A stretch of DNA of 62,561 bases, filler included, from Dugesia japonica (Eukaryota), in NCBI GenBank assembly GCA_001938525.1. It is 5 parts of 5 records of this genome, joined end to end, with 100 filler letters (N's around TTAATTAATTAA, not from the genome) between each part and the next. Parts side by side here need not be neighbours in the genome. Positions count along the whole stretch, not along the records: positions 22,499 to 37,330 come from MQRL01611074.1; positions 37,431 to 50,207 come from MQRL01595758.1; 3 more parts are not named here. One strand, 5' to 3'. Both the position numbers and the translations under genes were made by a program. This document shows, piece by piece, positions 26,595 through 37,589 of the stretch. The notes under the pieces are model-generated. The model was not told the origin of the DNA, searched no databases, and saw only the letters and a list, made by a program, of their open reading frames with translations. Within the stretch, counting starts at the first letter, position 1; every line of letters starts with the position of its first letter.

Positions 26595-28113
26595 TGTTTT
26601 GAACTTTAATTAATTTCAATTTACAGAGATTTCACTGCTTTCGACGAGTTCTCGTGACTCCGTCAATGACAAATTTATCTCAAATTTTAAAGCGAAAAAC
26701 TTGTTACCCCTGATAGATGAAACTGAGAAGAACAGTTCTTACACCTTCTATTATAGCTAGACAGCTATAACAGATTAATTATTAATTATTAATTATTAAA
26801 CATATATTAAAATTTACGTTTTAGTTAATGTCTGCGACANNNNNNNNNNNNNNNNNNNNNNNNNNNNNNNNNNNNNNNNNNNNNNNNNNCCACTAAAGAG
26901 AAGGCAAAGCCGCCACAAATTATAAAATGTTAAAAGAAAGAAAAGAATCAAAGATACAGATGAAAAATACACCAAAGATGGTTAAAAGAAGAAGAAGAAT
27001 AAAACCTGGTTGGGAATCAATTAGTGGATGCATAAAAATACGAAAAACCAGTGAAAATAAAACCGGATAATCAAAACCAACATCCATCCATTTAAATCAA
27101 TTAGAAGAAATTATAAATTATTATAATTAGAAGAAAATAAAATATCTAATAAAACATTTAATTATGAGAAAAATATTAATTAATTAAGTGTTAAAATAAA
27201 TGAAAATTAAATCCAAATCCGTTTTTTCTAAATATCTTTGCTGTAAAAAATCCGAGGAGTTCAGCTTAAGGAAATTTCGGAAGGATTCGGAAGGGGTCAT
27301 CATCCAGAATATTCAGGGAGGATCTTGAAAACTGGACCAATGAAATACCTGAAAAATAAATAAAACAAAGGCACAATTATTATGTGCCGTTCCAAAAATA
27401 ACTGCCAATTGAAACTCCAAAACTCTGAAAATATTTCAGAAAATTGGCAATAGGACCAATAAGAAGCGGTGAACTCTAAACTAAAAATAATTAGCAAATA
27501 CGAACAAAGTTAGGGTGCGAAGAAAACCGTATAAAAGAACTCCAAAAATTATTAAAACACAACTACCAAAATTTTCAACTTCAATTTTACAACAACTATT
27601 TTTCGGAAGTTACCATTTTTCAAAGGCAACAGAAGTGTCCACTGAAATCAACCATTTTTCAAATACAACCAAATTATCAACTGTAAACTTTATCAGTAGA
27701 AAATGATTAATAAAAAAGCGAATTCTTGATTGAAAAAGGAGTTTTGATTACTATCCTACTTATCAAAATAAAGCGTAACCCGTTGTCGTGCAACTAGTTA
27801 CCTACTACGACATTAACAAATAAAATTATATTTTTGGATTGTGGTTTAGTCGATAATTTTCCTTGAAAATAGAAATTATCCATATCGTCGAGGAGTATTG
27901 ATTTTATTCGAAAAATTCAATAAACCATTGAAGAATTTCCTGTGAAAATTATTATTAGTAAGTAGTATGTTTAAATTATGATTATCTACATATTAGTATA
28001 AATTAATAAATGTTTCTGATTTTATTTTGGTTAATCGCTGATAAAATTTTTGTATATTTAATAATTAATTAATGTCCTTATACAGTTTACTCAGGATATA
28101 AGCAGGATCTATA

Positions 28114-28330
28114 ATGGGTGTTATTGATAAAATTGATTAAAACATTCATGGAGTATATGTTGCCATGGAAGTGAAAATTTTGCTAACTAGCATTTTAAAT
28201 CAACAATATATTGGGTCAAGCACTTAATTGAGATAATCGTATGCGGTTGATAAACACACCCAGCAGATTAAGTGTGTATTACGATTTTTCAGCACTGAAA
28301 AAATTTACATCATCCATAAGAAGACGAGTA
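28114..28330 (+). pseudogene. cassette copy 1, ORF0 remnant
   Basis: VKIL...(frameshift)YWVKH...RFFS parallels VKILAIQGEMQSHYWVCH...VRFFS in ORF 52983-53252. Confidence 0.4.
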
Positions 28331-28491
28331 TTTTCCTACTATTTTAAAAAATATTTTTAAATTTTTTTCTTGCATTACAATAACCCAGTTCAGTATTACA
28401 AATTTTTCAGGGTTAATGTGAATGTAGCGGAATAAGATAATCTGTTACAAATTCATTCCCATAAATTATATTAAAATTTACGTTTTAGTTA

Positions 28492-28686
28492 ATGTCTGCG
28501 ACATTAAGGAGTACTCTATATTGGATCAAGAAACAACAAGGAAAGGCTTGTCTAAAGCAAAACTTTGCGCACATATTGTCGCGGGGAATAGTGGAGCATT
28601 CGGACGAAACGGATTTGGCCTGTTTCGCCGAGATGTTTCCCGTGCCAGCAAATATGGATTTAGATGCAAAAAAGGGGTTACATTAA
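28492..28686 (+). CDS. cassette copy 1, ORF1 (64 aa, unknown)
   Basis: HILSRGIVEHSDETDLACFAEMFP aligns with HILFNGIIEHPDETDLRCFAEMYP at 54041-54229; preceded by ttttag. Confidence 0.75.
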   Translation: MSATLRSTLYWIKKQQGKACLKQNFAHILSRGIVEHSDETDLACFAEMFPVPANMDLDAKKGLH

Positions 28687-28825
28687 TTATTGCCGAATTA
28701 AATAAAACTTTCTGTCTTGGGTTTTAGTGATCAGGGAGTAATTGTTCTCGAAAATTTTATAAAAAAAAATATATATATTCGTTTCTTTTATTTGTTGTAT
28801 TAAACTAATTTCTATAACTATAGGA

Positions 28826-29203
28826 ATGAAATCCATTTGGGAGCGAATAGTCGATCGGCGAACGCGACGCATCATCTTTCGATGTCATCATAACCCGCAT
28901 AACCGCGATGCAGGTATCTTGGTAGAACGAACTAACCTGCCTCCTGTAGATGCCGTGGTAGCTCGCATTCAGAGCTTCGGGGAAAGATTGGACTACCAAC
29001 AATGGAATGGCCCAACGCGAAATCACACTACCCCTTTTCATTATCAGGCTCCGGCCCCTCTCCCAGTGGTGCAAGCGTTTATCAATAACTTGCTCTGGGT
29101 GTTAGGGAACTCTCGGGGGTTGAGGACACGGAAAACACGGTCCCTGCTACGGACACAGCCTCTAACTTATAGTGCCTATCTTAATTGTCATAAAAATTTA
29201 TAA
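28826..29203 (+). CDS. cassette copy 1, ORF2 (~115-125 aa, unknown)
   Basis: HNPHNRDA, WNGP and AF.NN.LW..NS blocks shared with 54396-54816. A likely late frameshift in the G-run near 29115 restores ENTVPATDTASNL, matching ENTATPSSNS in copy 2. Confidence 0.75.
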   Translation: MKSIWERIVDRRTRRIIFRCHHNPHNRDAGILVERTNLPPVDAVVARIQSFGERLDYQQWNGPTRNHTTPFHYQAPAPLPVVQAFINNLLWVLGNSRGLRTRKTRSLLRTQPLTYSAYLNCHKNL

Positions 29204-29382
29204 ATAAATATGTGTTTCTATTTAATAGTAATCTAATTCATTCTGTTCATTATTTTATTGAGGAAACAAAATTTTTCTTTTGTTTGTTTTTTGTTGTTAA
29301 TAATAATAAAATTGCGGTCTGCTACTAAGGAAACAAGAGTCTCGAGTACTTTCTTAACGTAGTTAATGTATACTCTTTTGCA

Positions 29383-29766
29383 GTGCATTCGTCGCTGAAC
29401 CGCTCTACAGCTCACACCAAAAATATGAGGGATACCAGCGAGGACCAAGAGATGACTTGGGACCTCTACCGGCTTGCGAAGCGACGCTGGGAAGCAGAAA
29501 TAGCCGCCGCGAATAGTAAGGTATCTCGGTACAAGAAAAAGTGTATCGTCTTTAAAAAGGAAGCCGAGGCCTCCTACTTGCAGGAGGGAGCATGGAAAAA
29601 ACAGGTCGAGTCCTTTGCGGAAATCATCCGGTCCAGCCATGGCCGAGAGAATAAACTGGTTGATGATGTCTTACATCTCAGAGAAATGATACCTCTCGAG
29701 CATTTGATGATCATAACCCCGCATGTGTTCTTAAATAAATGTATCACGAATTTGACATTGTTTTAG
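29383..29766 (+). CDS. cassette copy 1, ORF3 (charged, predicted coiled-coil; begins at a splice acceptor)
   Basis: ttttgcag|TG CAT. VHSSL...QEMTWDLY..KRRWEA...SKV.RYK.KC.VFKKE.EAS is shared with 54982-55324. Confidence 0.75.
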   Translation: MHSSLNRSTAHTKNMRDTSEDQEMTWDLYRLAKRRWEAEIAAANSKVSRYKKKCIVFKKEAEASYLQEGAWKKQVESFAEIIRSSHGRENKLVDDVLHLREMIPLEHLMIITPHVFLNKCITNLTLF

Positions 29767-29816
29767 TATCTGATACTTCTGATTAAACTATCTGTTCATT
29801 AATTTAATTTCTTTTA

Positions 29817-30152
29817 GTGCCCCGCATCAACTTTCCCAATAGTATTCGTAGATGTCATCGCATAATGCGCCGTCTGCTTCTAGAGCGCCACTTAAAGCAG
29901 AAAGCTGATAGGGCATTGATTAAACATCTTGACCAGCGAGATCGTCTGATCAAAAAACTTGATCAGATTGTGAAAATGCAGCATGACCTGGCAGTGCAAG
30001 CCAAAGCATTTGAAGATGAAAATAAATTGTTGCTTCAGAGGAAAGTTGATTTTCTTAAGCAATATATATCCGACCTCTCCCGTCAATTTGGAAACCCTAC
30101 TGGGTCCAATGGGACGACAACGACGATGTCGCCGCCTTCAATTTCTTGGTAA
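29817..30152 (+). CDS. cassette copy 1, ORF4 (basic N-terminus, predicted coiled-coil; begins at a splice acceptor)
   Basis: cttttag|TG CCC. VPRI...HRI...LLLERH.K....RAL..HL is shared with 55488-55605. Confidence 0.72.
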   Translation: MPRINFPNSIRRCHRIMRRLLLERHLKQKADRALIKHLDQRDRLIKKLDQIVKMQHDLAVQAKAFEDENKLLLQRKVDFLKQYISDLSRQFGNPTGSNGTTTTMSPPSISW

Positions 30153-30439
30153 CCGACCCAGATCAGTGGTTAGATCCTAGCGCGTTGGGAGAGATGTAAT
30201 TGTTATGATAATAGAACTTTTTGACTAGTTTTCTTTGCATCGTATGTACAAGTTAAGGGAAAGATATGGACCCAAACTATAGGTGTACGGGTGTGCACCT
30301 CTCATAAAGTAAGAGGTCAACCCCCCTACACTGAAAGCCTAAATAAGGGACTTTAGGTTAAATTCTTGAAGGGGTCCTCTGAGGGCTGTTTTTCCCCAGC
30401 CTCAAGTTTTCATCACTCAACTCAGGTGGAACCCCAACA

Positions 30440-31925
30440 TTGCGAATAAAGTTGCTATTGAATCGATTGAATGTGAAGATTGTGTGGTGGAAGAAATATA
30501 AGATGAAAACATTATATAATGAAGTAATGCACTCTATGAGAATGGAGATAGAGATTATGTATATAATAATCAGAGTTACAAATGACAATATAAACATAAA
30601 TATAAAGAAGGATTTAAAGGTTTCAAATCTAATGGAGTTGGATACATTGCAAAATTCTGTAAAATTAATAAGTTTTTCAACAATGGAGAAAATCATTTAA
30701 TAAAATTTAGGGAAAACAAAAACTTTCAGTATTGTTAAACAGAAGACGATGGAAATATCTCAAATATACAATGTAGAAGAAAATACTTCAAAAGATTTAA
30801 TATTCAATATTTTTAATGAAATTATTAGCTCGAAAACGATTCAAAAGACTTCAGATTATTTGTAAGATTATTCATCAGGAAAACCTCAATTAAACATGCG
30901 TGGTCATCAAATAGAACCAAAAGACTTTAGCGGGTTTTCCAGAAAAGACAGATGTATTGGATAATTATGTAAGTTATATTAATGAACACGGTGTAAAGCC
31001 CAAATCAATAATTAGAAAATATGAACCTAATTTGATTTCAATGTCAAGAAAGGAAGTTACAAGAATTAAACGCATTGTTGAATGTCAACTAAAAGAAGAG
31101 GAAATCCGAATAATGTTCGATATTTGTGCTGATCTCAATGTAATCAACGAAACATTAGCAAAAAGATTAGTGAAACAAAATTATGATCTGAAAATTCAAA
31201 ATTCGACAACTAGAGTGACTTGTGAGAATGGAAACTTAGTAAATTGTTTAGAAAAACTAACTCTAAAAGAGACTTATTAATAAGTGTCAGTTTGGTGAAG
31301 AGTTATTCTAGATATATTCTTATCAGAATATACATACTCAATGGAGGATCTAAAACCTTGTATACAGAAACAACTTTAGGTTGTGTGGAACGATTGGAAG
31401 AAAATATAACAAAAGAAGATTTATACCTCAGAAATTTATCGAATTATCAAATCAAGGTTGATAATTCAGATACTGCCAGAATTTTGAATGATATTGAATT
31501 GCAACTGAAAAATGAAAGAAAAGAATCGAAAATTATGGCACTAATGAGAATAATTGTATGATAATTTAAATGTTTTCAGTAAGCATAAAATGAATATTTA
31601 AAGAACAAATGCCATTTAATATGCTTTAGAAACAAAGAATGATTTTTTCATAGTATTTAAACCCCAAAAAAAACCAAAATGTGTAGAAAATAAAGTTTGA
31701 AAAAAATTAAAGAACTTTAAGAAAACGATAATATAAGAGAAAGTACTCCACTTAGTTTCCCACCTGTGTTTGTTAGAAAAAGGAATGAAGAAATAAGAAT
31801 GTGCGTTGATTATAAGTCTTAAAATGCAAAAATATCTTGACCAATTTTTACCATTCCATCTGCTAATGAATTATTTGATACAGTTTCTGATTCAATTTAT
31901 TCCGCAAGTCTAGATAAGGAATCTG
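30440..31925 (+). mobile_element. degenerate Ty3/Gypsy (gag?)-protease-RT fragment
   Basis: Retropepsin-like EIRIMFDICADLNVINETLA; RT start IRESTP..PPVFVRKRNEEIRMCVDYK..F.IPSANELFD....SLD, with stops and frameshifts. The gag assignment for 30440-30950 is positional only. Confidence 0.85.
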
Positions 31926-34899
31926 ATAAGGAATTTGAATGCATAACATTGCGCGGCTTTACTTTGCGTGTCTATTGATACCAAATTTGTGACTGTTTAA
32001 TAAGAATTGTAGATATGTTGGGTTGCCAGGCTTTTGATGTTGATTTATACTCGATCTCCTGAGTTTTATTACCATTCTTCTGATCACCATTTTCGTTTTC
32101 ATAGATATAATTTCTGTCTGGGGATGATACCCAGCAACCACAGAAATTTGTGTTACTCTTTCTAATAACACGATCCCCCATTTCCCGGATTCAGCGGGAC
32201 TATGCTGTATCCCGTCTTAGGTTCCAATTTCTATCCGGCTCTCGTTTTATAATTAAACGTCATTAGCCATTATTAACTCCTGCTATAATCAAAAATTGAG
32301 AAATACAATCTGTACAAAATTTTATTCGTATCCATATTTATNNNNNNNNNNNNNNNNNNNNNNNNNNNNNNNNNNNNNNNNNNNNNNNNNNAAATACAAT
32401 CTGTACAAAATTTTATTCGTATCCATATTTATCACCCGTCCAATGTTTCTCATGCATCCAATTCAGTGACTTCCTGAACTGCTCCCTTTGAGATTCCATT
32501 CTCCGACTTCGAAACTTGTGCTATGTCGTGTATTTTATTGCGAGACATCCATCCTTCTCCGAATAACGACTGATCCATTAGCCAGCTTCGCTATCAATGA
32601 TATAAACATTTTAAATATTCGTATCATAATTTCTCTAGAATAATAAATAAATAACGATTGATAATAAAATGAGTAATATTTTCATAAACATTCACAATAT
32701 ACGTAATATAATAATTAACATAAGCAGTTTAATAAATATTTCATCAGAGTCAAGATTAATAAGAGTCAGAATCCAATTAATCAGTTAGGATTCAACCACC
32801 CCACCACTCGTAGTCATAGACATTCAACTTTCATATTTTATAACCATTTATACACACTGATAGTTTTATTTGTTTTCTTCTTCATTTAAATCAACTAAAA
32901 CATGACTTTTAATTCAATACTTTATTTCAATTACAATTAATTCTTTTTTGAAATTCTTCTTTCCTTTTGAACGCTTCTTTCAAAACTTGCCTTTCTAAAT
33001 TTATATTTTTGAATAAATAATAAATTTAAATAAATTTATTATATTTATTAAAAATATATTTTTTAAATCTAAAACTTCGAATTTACACTAATTTAAAAAA
33101 TAAAGCAATAAATTTTAATTATTAAAATTTTTTATAATTATTTACATTAAAAAATTTAAGCTAATAACATTGCATTAAATTTTTAAATATTTGCAAATTT
33201 TTAAAATTACCTAACACACACTATCATTCGTTCATAATTCATCTCTCATATCCTTTTAGATAATCACTTCATTTTACTTCTCGAACCATAATACAACATC
33301 TTTCATCTTTCATCTCTCACAACTCGCAGTCTTTCATAAACATCTTTCAGAAATCTCTCTCAACTTTTTATAAATACCTTTCTCAGCTTTTATAATCTTT
33401 AACATCTTTTATCCCTCATAATATAATGGTGGATGATCTCCCCAGGAAGTAGCTGATAAGATGGACCGTCAGAGATAGCAGAACTACCCTCAGACTATCC
33501 ATCCTTCAGTGTCTTCCAAATAAAACCAGTTAAAAATAACATAACATAAAAATAAAAAGAATCCTTACTTCTTCTTCGGCTAGTTGTTCCAATTAAATTG
33601 CTAATGGTGTTTCAATGGAAATTTTTAAGAGTGTTTTTCTAATGATTTTGATTTCCTTTTTTTCCTCACTCTATCGTCAAATTTTGACTGATACAGTTGG
33701 CGTCCACTTCAGATTTCTGTTAATACAAGAAATCGTACGTTGTTCACCCGTAGCTTCTACAGAGATGTCTAAATATGGGCGTGATTATTTTTATTTTTTT
33801 TTAATTCTGTAGTGGATTATGTGCTCACAGATGTTCTATGTGTTTTTCCTCAAGTGGAGAGGCTTAAAAAAAAATTTCTGAAACTTGTAAGTGTTTTAGA
33901 AATAGCGATAACTCCACAATCACATACAAATATAAACATATCAATCCTATATTCTCACAAAAAATCATCATATCTTCTACATATAAGTTTCGGTTATAAT
34001 TCTTCCGGGTTCATTATAAATAATAATATTTATTGAATAATAATAATTTTAATTATATTTATCGATAATAATAATAATTTCTCATTTTATATTTTTTATA
34101 AAATTATAATAATAATGTTATTCTTGTACTTAAACCTGACTCATAATCTATTATTTTATTATTTATAACGATCATGATAATTTATTCTGTTTTTCCTCCT
34201 ATAATTTCTCTCTAAAATATCAAAATATTTTAATATAATTATTTGTTTTAATCTTTCTTTTTCTCTCATCAATATACTTTTATTTTTAACACATGGATAC
34301 TTTCAACACATTTATACAAATTATAAATAATAATAGATATTCCTTCTTGTATTACCATTCTTCTTTTCGATCCCTTTGACTTATTTTCTGAGCACATTTT
34401 ACCTTAGCCATCTAATTATTGATTATCTTCANNNNNNNNNNNNNNNNNNNNNNNNNNNNNNNNNNNNNNNNNNNNNNNNNNNNNNNNNNNNNNNNNNNNN
34501 NNNNNNNNNNNNNNNTAGATTTTGTTTGATATTTCTTACACTTTTTAACTTCAGTTATTATTATTTAATAATCGTTTCCTTATTATTTCATAGGTCAATA
34601 TTTCTTTTATTTCTCATTATTTATTTATTTATTATTTTTTTAATTCATTTTCTTATTACTCTTTAATTTATTTCCTTCTATAATTTTCATATTTTACAAA
34701 AGGCTGTTTAAGCCCAACAGATAATACAAACGAAAAACAAAAAAAATTGATGACCTTGAAAAAATTTTCCCTAGGGAGGGAGGTGCGGTTGAAAAAATAA
34801 AAGTATAATTATTTTAAATAAAATTCTATGACCTTGAAAAAAAATTTTAAAAAATAAAAAAATTTCAAAAATAAAAAAAAATCCCCTAATTTTTTTAGC

Positions 34900-34950
34900 A
34901 ACGAAGGGGGAGTGCAGTAATGCTGACATTTCTCATTACTTATTATTGAA
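34900..34950 (+). mobile_element. polypurine tract plus LTR start
   Basis: GAAGGGGGAG-TGCAGTAATGCTGACATTTCTCATTACTTT matches AGGGGGGGGGAT-TGTGGCATGCTGACATTTCTCACTACTTT at 43796-43836. Confidence 0.6.
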
Positions 34951-35514
34951 CTTATTAATTAAAGACGATATTTTAACTTTACACAGTCACTTTTTCCTCC
35001 TGAGTAAAATGATATCAAATTTGAGTCGATAGCAGTTATCTGTACACAGGGATCTGAGCGCTTAACTCTGAAATTTGAAATTTTTTCACAAGAAAAACCC
35101 ATCTATTTCCTCGAATATTAACTTTGATGATTTTAGGTTAACATATTTGGAATTAGCGAAAACTTCTCTATCGAATAGACACTTTCTTAAGCTATTTTGA
35201 GAAGAAAATATTTTCGAAAAATTTTCATTTGTGAAAATCGATTGCCGTAAAATTCTTAGCAGTTTGATATCAAAATCTTTGAAATCTGAAATATAGAACA
35301 TATTTTTTCAAAAATGTAGACTGTTCACTCAAATTCCCATAAATATTTCATTGAAAAAATTTTAAATTTTCAAATAATTTAAACCACATTTACGGTTTAA
35401 CTGAATTCCTATAAAAAAAATTTCCCACCTAAAAAAGCCAAAATAATTTTCCTAACTAAATACACAGGGGAAAATCAAACCAAATTACCACTTAATAAGC
35501 CTAAAAATTTTACG

Positions 35515-35600
35515 AAATAAATCCATAGGAAAATACATAGCCACTTAATCCCATTTCGTGATATCACATAATATGATGTCATTTTTTAAGTTTCATTACA
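35515..35600 (-). repeat. LTR-like dispersed repeat
   Basis: Reverse complement matches 44983-45090 (TGTAA...AAATGACATCATATTA...ACGAAATGGGATTAA). Confidence 0.6.
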
Positions 35601-37589
35601 TCACTAATCAGTCGGGCGGGGTTTACTGAATGTGTGCTGGCTATATACACTACTATCCGTCTACTGCCCTCAACTCAAATACGTCAAATTAATACTTCTT
35701 CGGTTTCTTTCAACTCATAAACTTTAAATAACTTTTCTGGAGTTTCTTTCAACTAGTATCGTTATTAAAATGATTTTATTTTATCAGAACTGTGGTAAGA
35801 AAATGTAGCAGGATTTTACTTAAAGTGTAATACCAAACTTAAAATAACGAATGATTCAAAACTTTAACAAGAGATTATCAACTCAAAATCTAATTATATT
35901 TGGTCTGAAAACCCGCTTGATTTTAAACTGATTTAATAGGTTTTATTATTTTGATTCCACTTGATTTGCGGCACCAAATTTCTTTCGTATTTAAACTTAA
36001 AATTATTTTAAAATTTTTTCGAAAAAATTTTGTCAATCAATATTAATTTTATCTGTTGTAATTCAGTATTTATTGTTATTAGCTATTTGTATAAAAGTAT
36101 TTCGCTTTATAATTAAAATGTGTGGCTACGATAATATGTTAAATTATAGGTGATTTAGATACAGTTATAATTGTAGGTTTTATAGAAAATAATGAACAAT
36201 TACTTTATAAAAACTTTATTTTTAAAAATCGGCGTTACAGTAGTTATAATTTTATTTTCAAGCTGCTCGTCAAAGGAGTTAGTTGTAAAATTATAAAAAA
36301 TTTTAAGCGTAATTTTCTACAAGATTGTAACACTCATACACTATTTGTAATTGATCAAAAATTTTCGACAATATTATGTACATTTACAAAAAATCAATTT
36401 TTCTTTGCAAATAAATAACTCTTTTTTTTGATTAATAACAACTGGTTTTTTTGATACAATTCGTTTAAATATAATTTCTTTAGTTTTTCAGTTCTTTCTT
36501 TTATTTTATCGTTGACTGCATTGCCCTCACTAAATTTCTCTCCAGTTGATTTTTCTGCATTCAGTATGTTCCATTTTTACCTTTATTCATATTAATATTC
36601 TCACTTTATTTAACTTTTCTCCGTTGTTGGTCCAATAAATTTTCTATAATTTACTTATTCTTTATTTTTTAATTTATTTCTTTTCATTTCTTGTCCCTTC
36701 TTCCTTCTCTATCTACTTTGTTTACTCGTGACGATAATTTATATTTGTTATAGCCCAACACTTAGATTTTTAAAAATATTTTTATTATCACTGTTGATGT
36801 AAATTGACATCACAATTGTTAACAAGTCATGCCTTCCCAATTTAAATGAATTAAATTACCTGTCTTTTGGTGAAAGTAAATAACAAGAAAACTACAAATA
36901 AAAACATGATATAGCGAGGCCATATCAGTTACTTACCTGCCTTCATTTATTTCTTTCCTTAATTATGTCTACTTATCTTCTGCTTTTCTGTTTCCTACTG
37001 CGTTTTTATTTGTGTATTTTGTTAAATATAATCTTCTCATTAGAATTTAAATCCTTTTTTTGTTGTATAAATTAAATATTTAAATTCAATTATTTGTCCT
37101 GAGACTTTATGATCTATTTGTTTAGGTATCTTTGATAAAAATTAAATATTTTTATATTAAAAAAAGTGGAAAAATTAATATGTATAATTATCAGTTTGAA
37201 CATTTCTACACGTGAATATTTATCCGTGTTGACTTTTATCACAAATCGATTGAAAATTATTACTTTATTATATTCTAAACAACAAAATGAATTTCTATTT
37301 TTTATTTATTTGTCTTGATTAAATTTAATTNNNNNNNNNNNNNNNNNNNNNNNNNNNNNNNNNNNNNNNNNNNNTTAATTAATTAANNNNNNNNNNNNNN
37401 NNNNNNNNNNNNNNNNNNNNNNNNNNNNNNATAATAATAATAGCAATAATAATAATAATTATAACGATTCTCTGGATAATATTTCTGGCCCAGTTCATCA
37501 ATTTTGTGTCGATTATTTACTATTCTATCCGTTTTCATTATTCTCTATTTCTTTATTACCTTGAGTAATTTTGGTGTTCCAGCCCAACA

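Larger units (their letters stand above)
25900..27500 (-). pseudogene. cassette copy 1: degenerate hydrophobic antisense ORF (partly duplicated)
   Basis: Pieces WSYCQFSEIFSEFWSFNWQLFLERHIIIVPLFYLFF, INIFLIIK, IFDSFL and LIRYLIEE align in order with minus-strand pieces at 51260-52080. Confidence 0.55.

Noticed and set aside
28805-29640. Minus-strand ORFs over cassette ORF2 and ORF3
   Set aside because: Conservation between copies follows the plus-strand frames; these are GC-rich shadows.
30148-30165. TGGTAACCGACCC as a primer-binding site
   Set aside because: I cannot match it to a tRNA 3' end by eye and no LTR pair is visible.
32303-32432. Direct repeat across a gap
   Set aside because: Identical ~40 bp on both sides of N run; most likely unmerged contig overlap.
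36855-37020. Short GT-AG intron-like pattern on the minus strand
   Set aside because: Flanking frames contain stops and show no recognisable protein.
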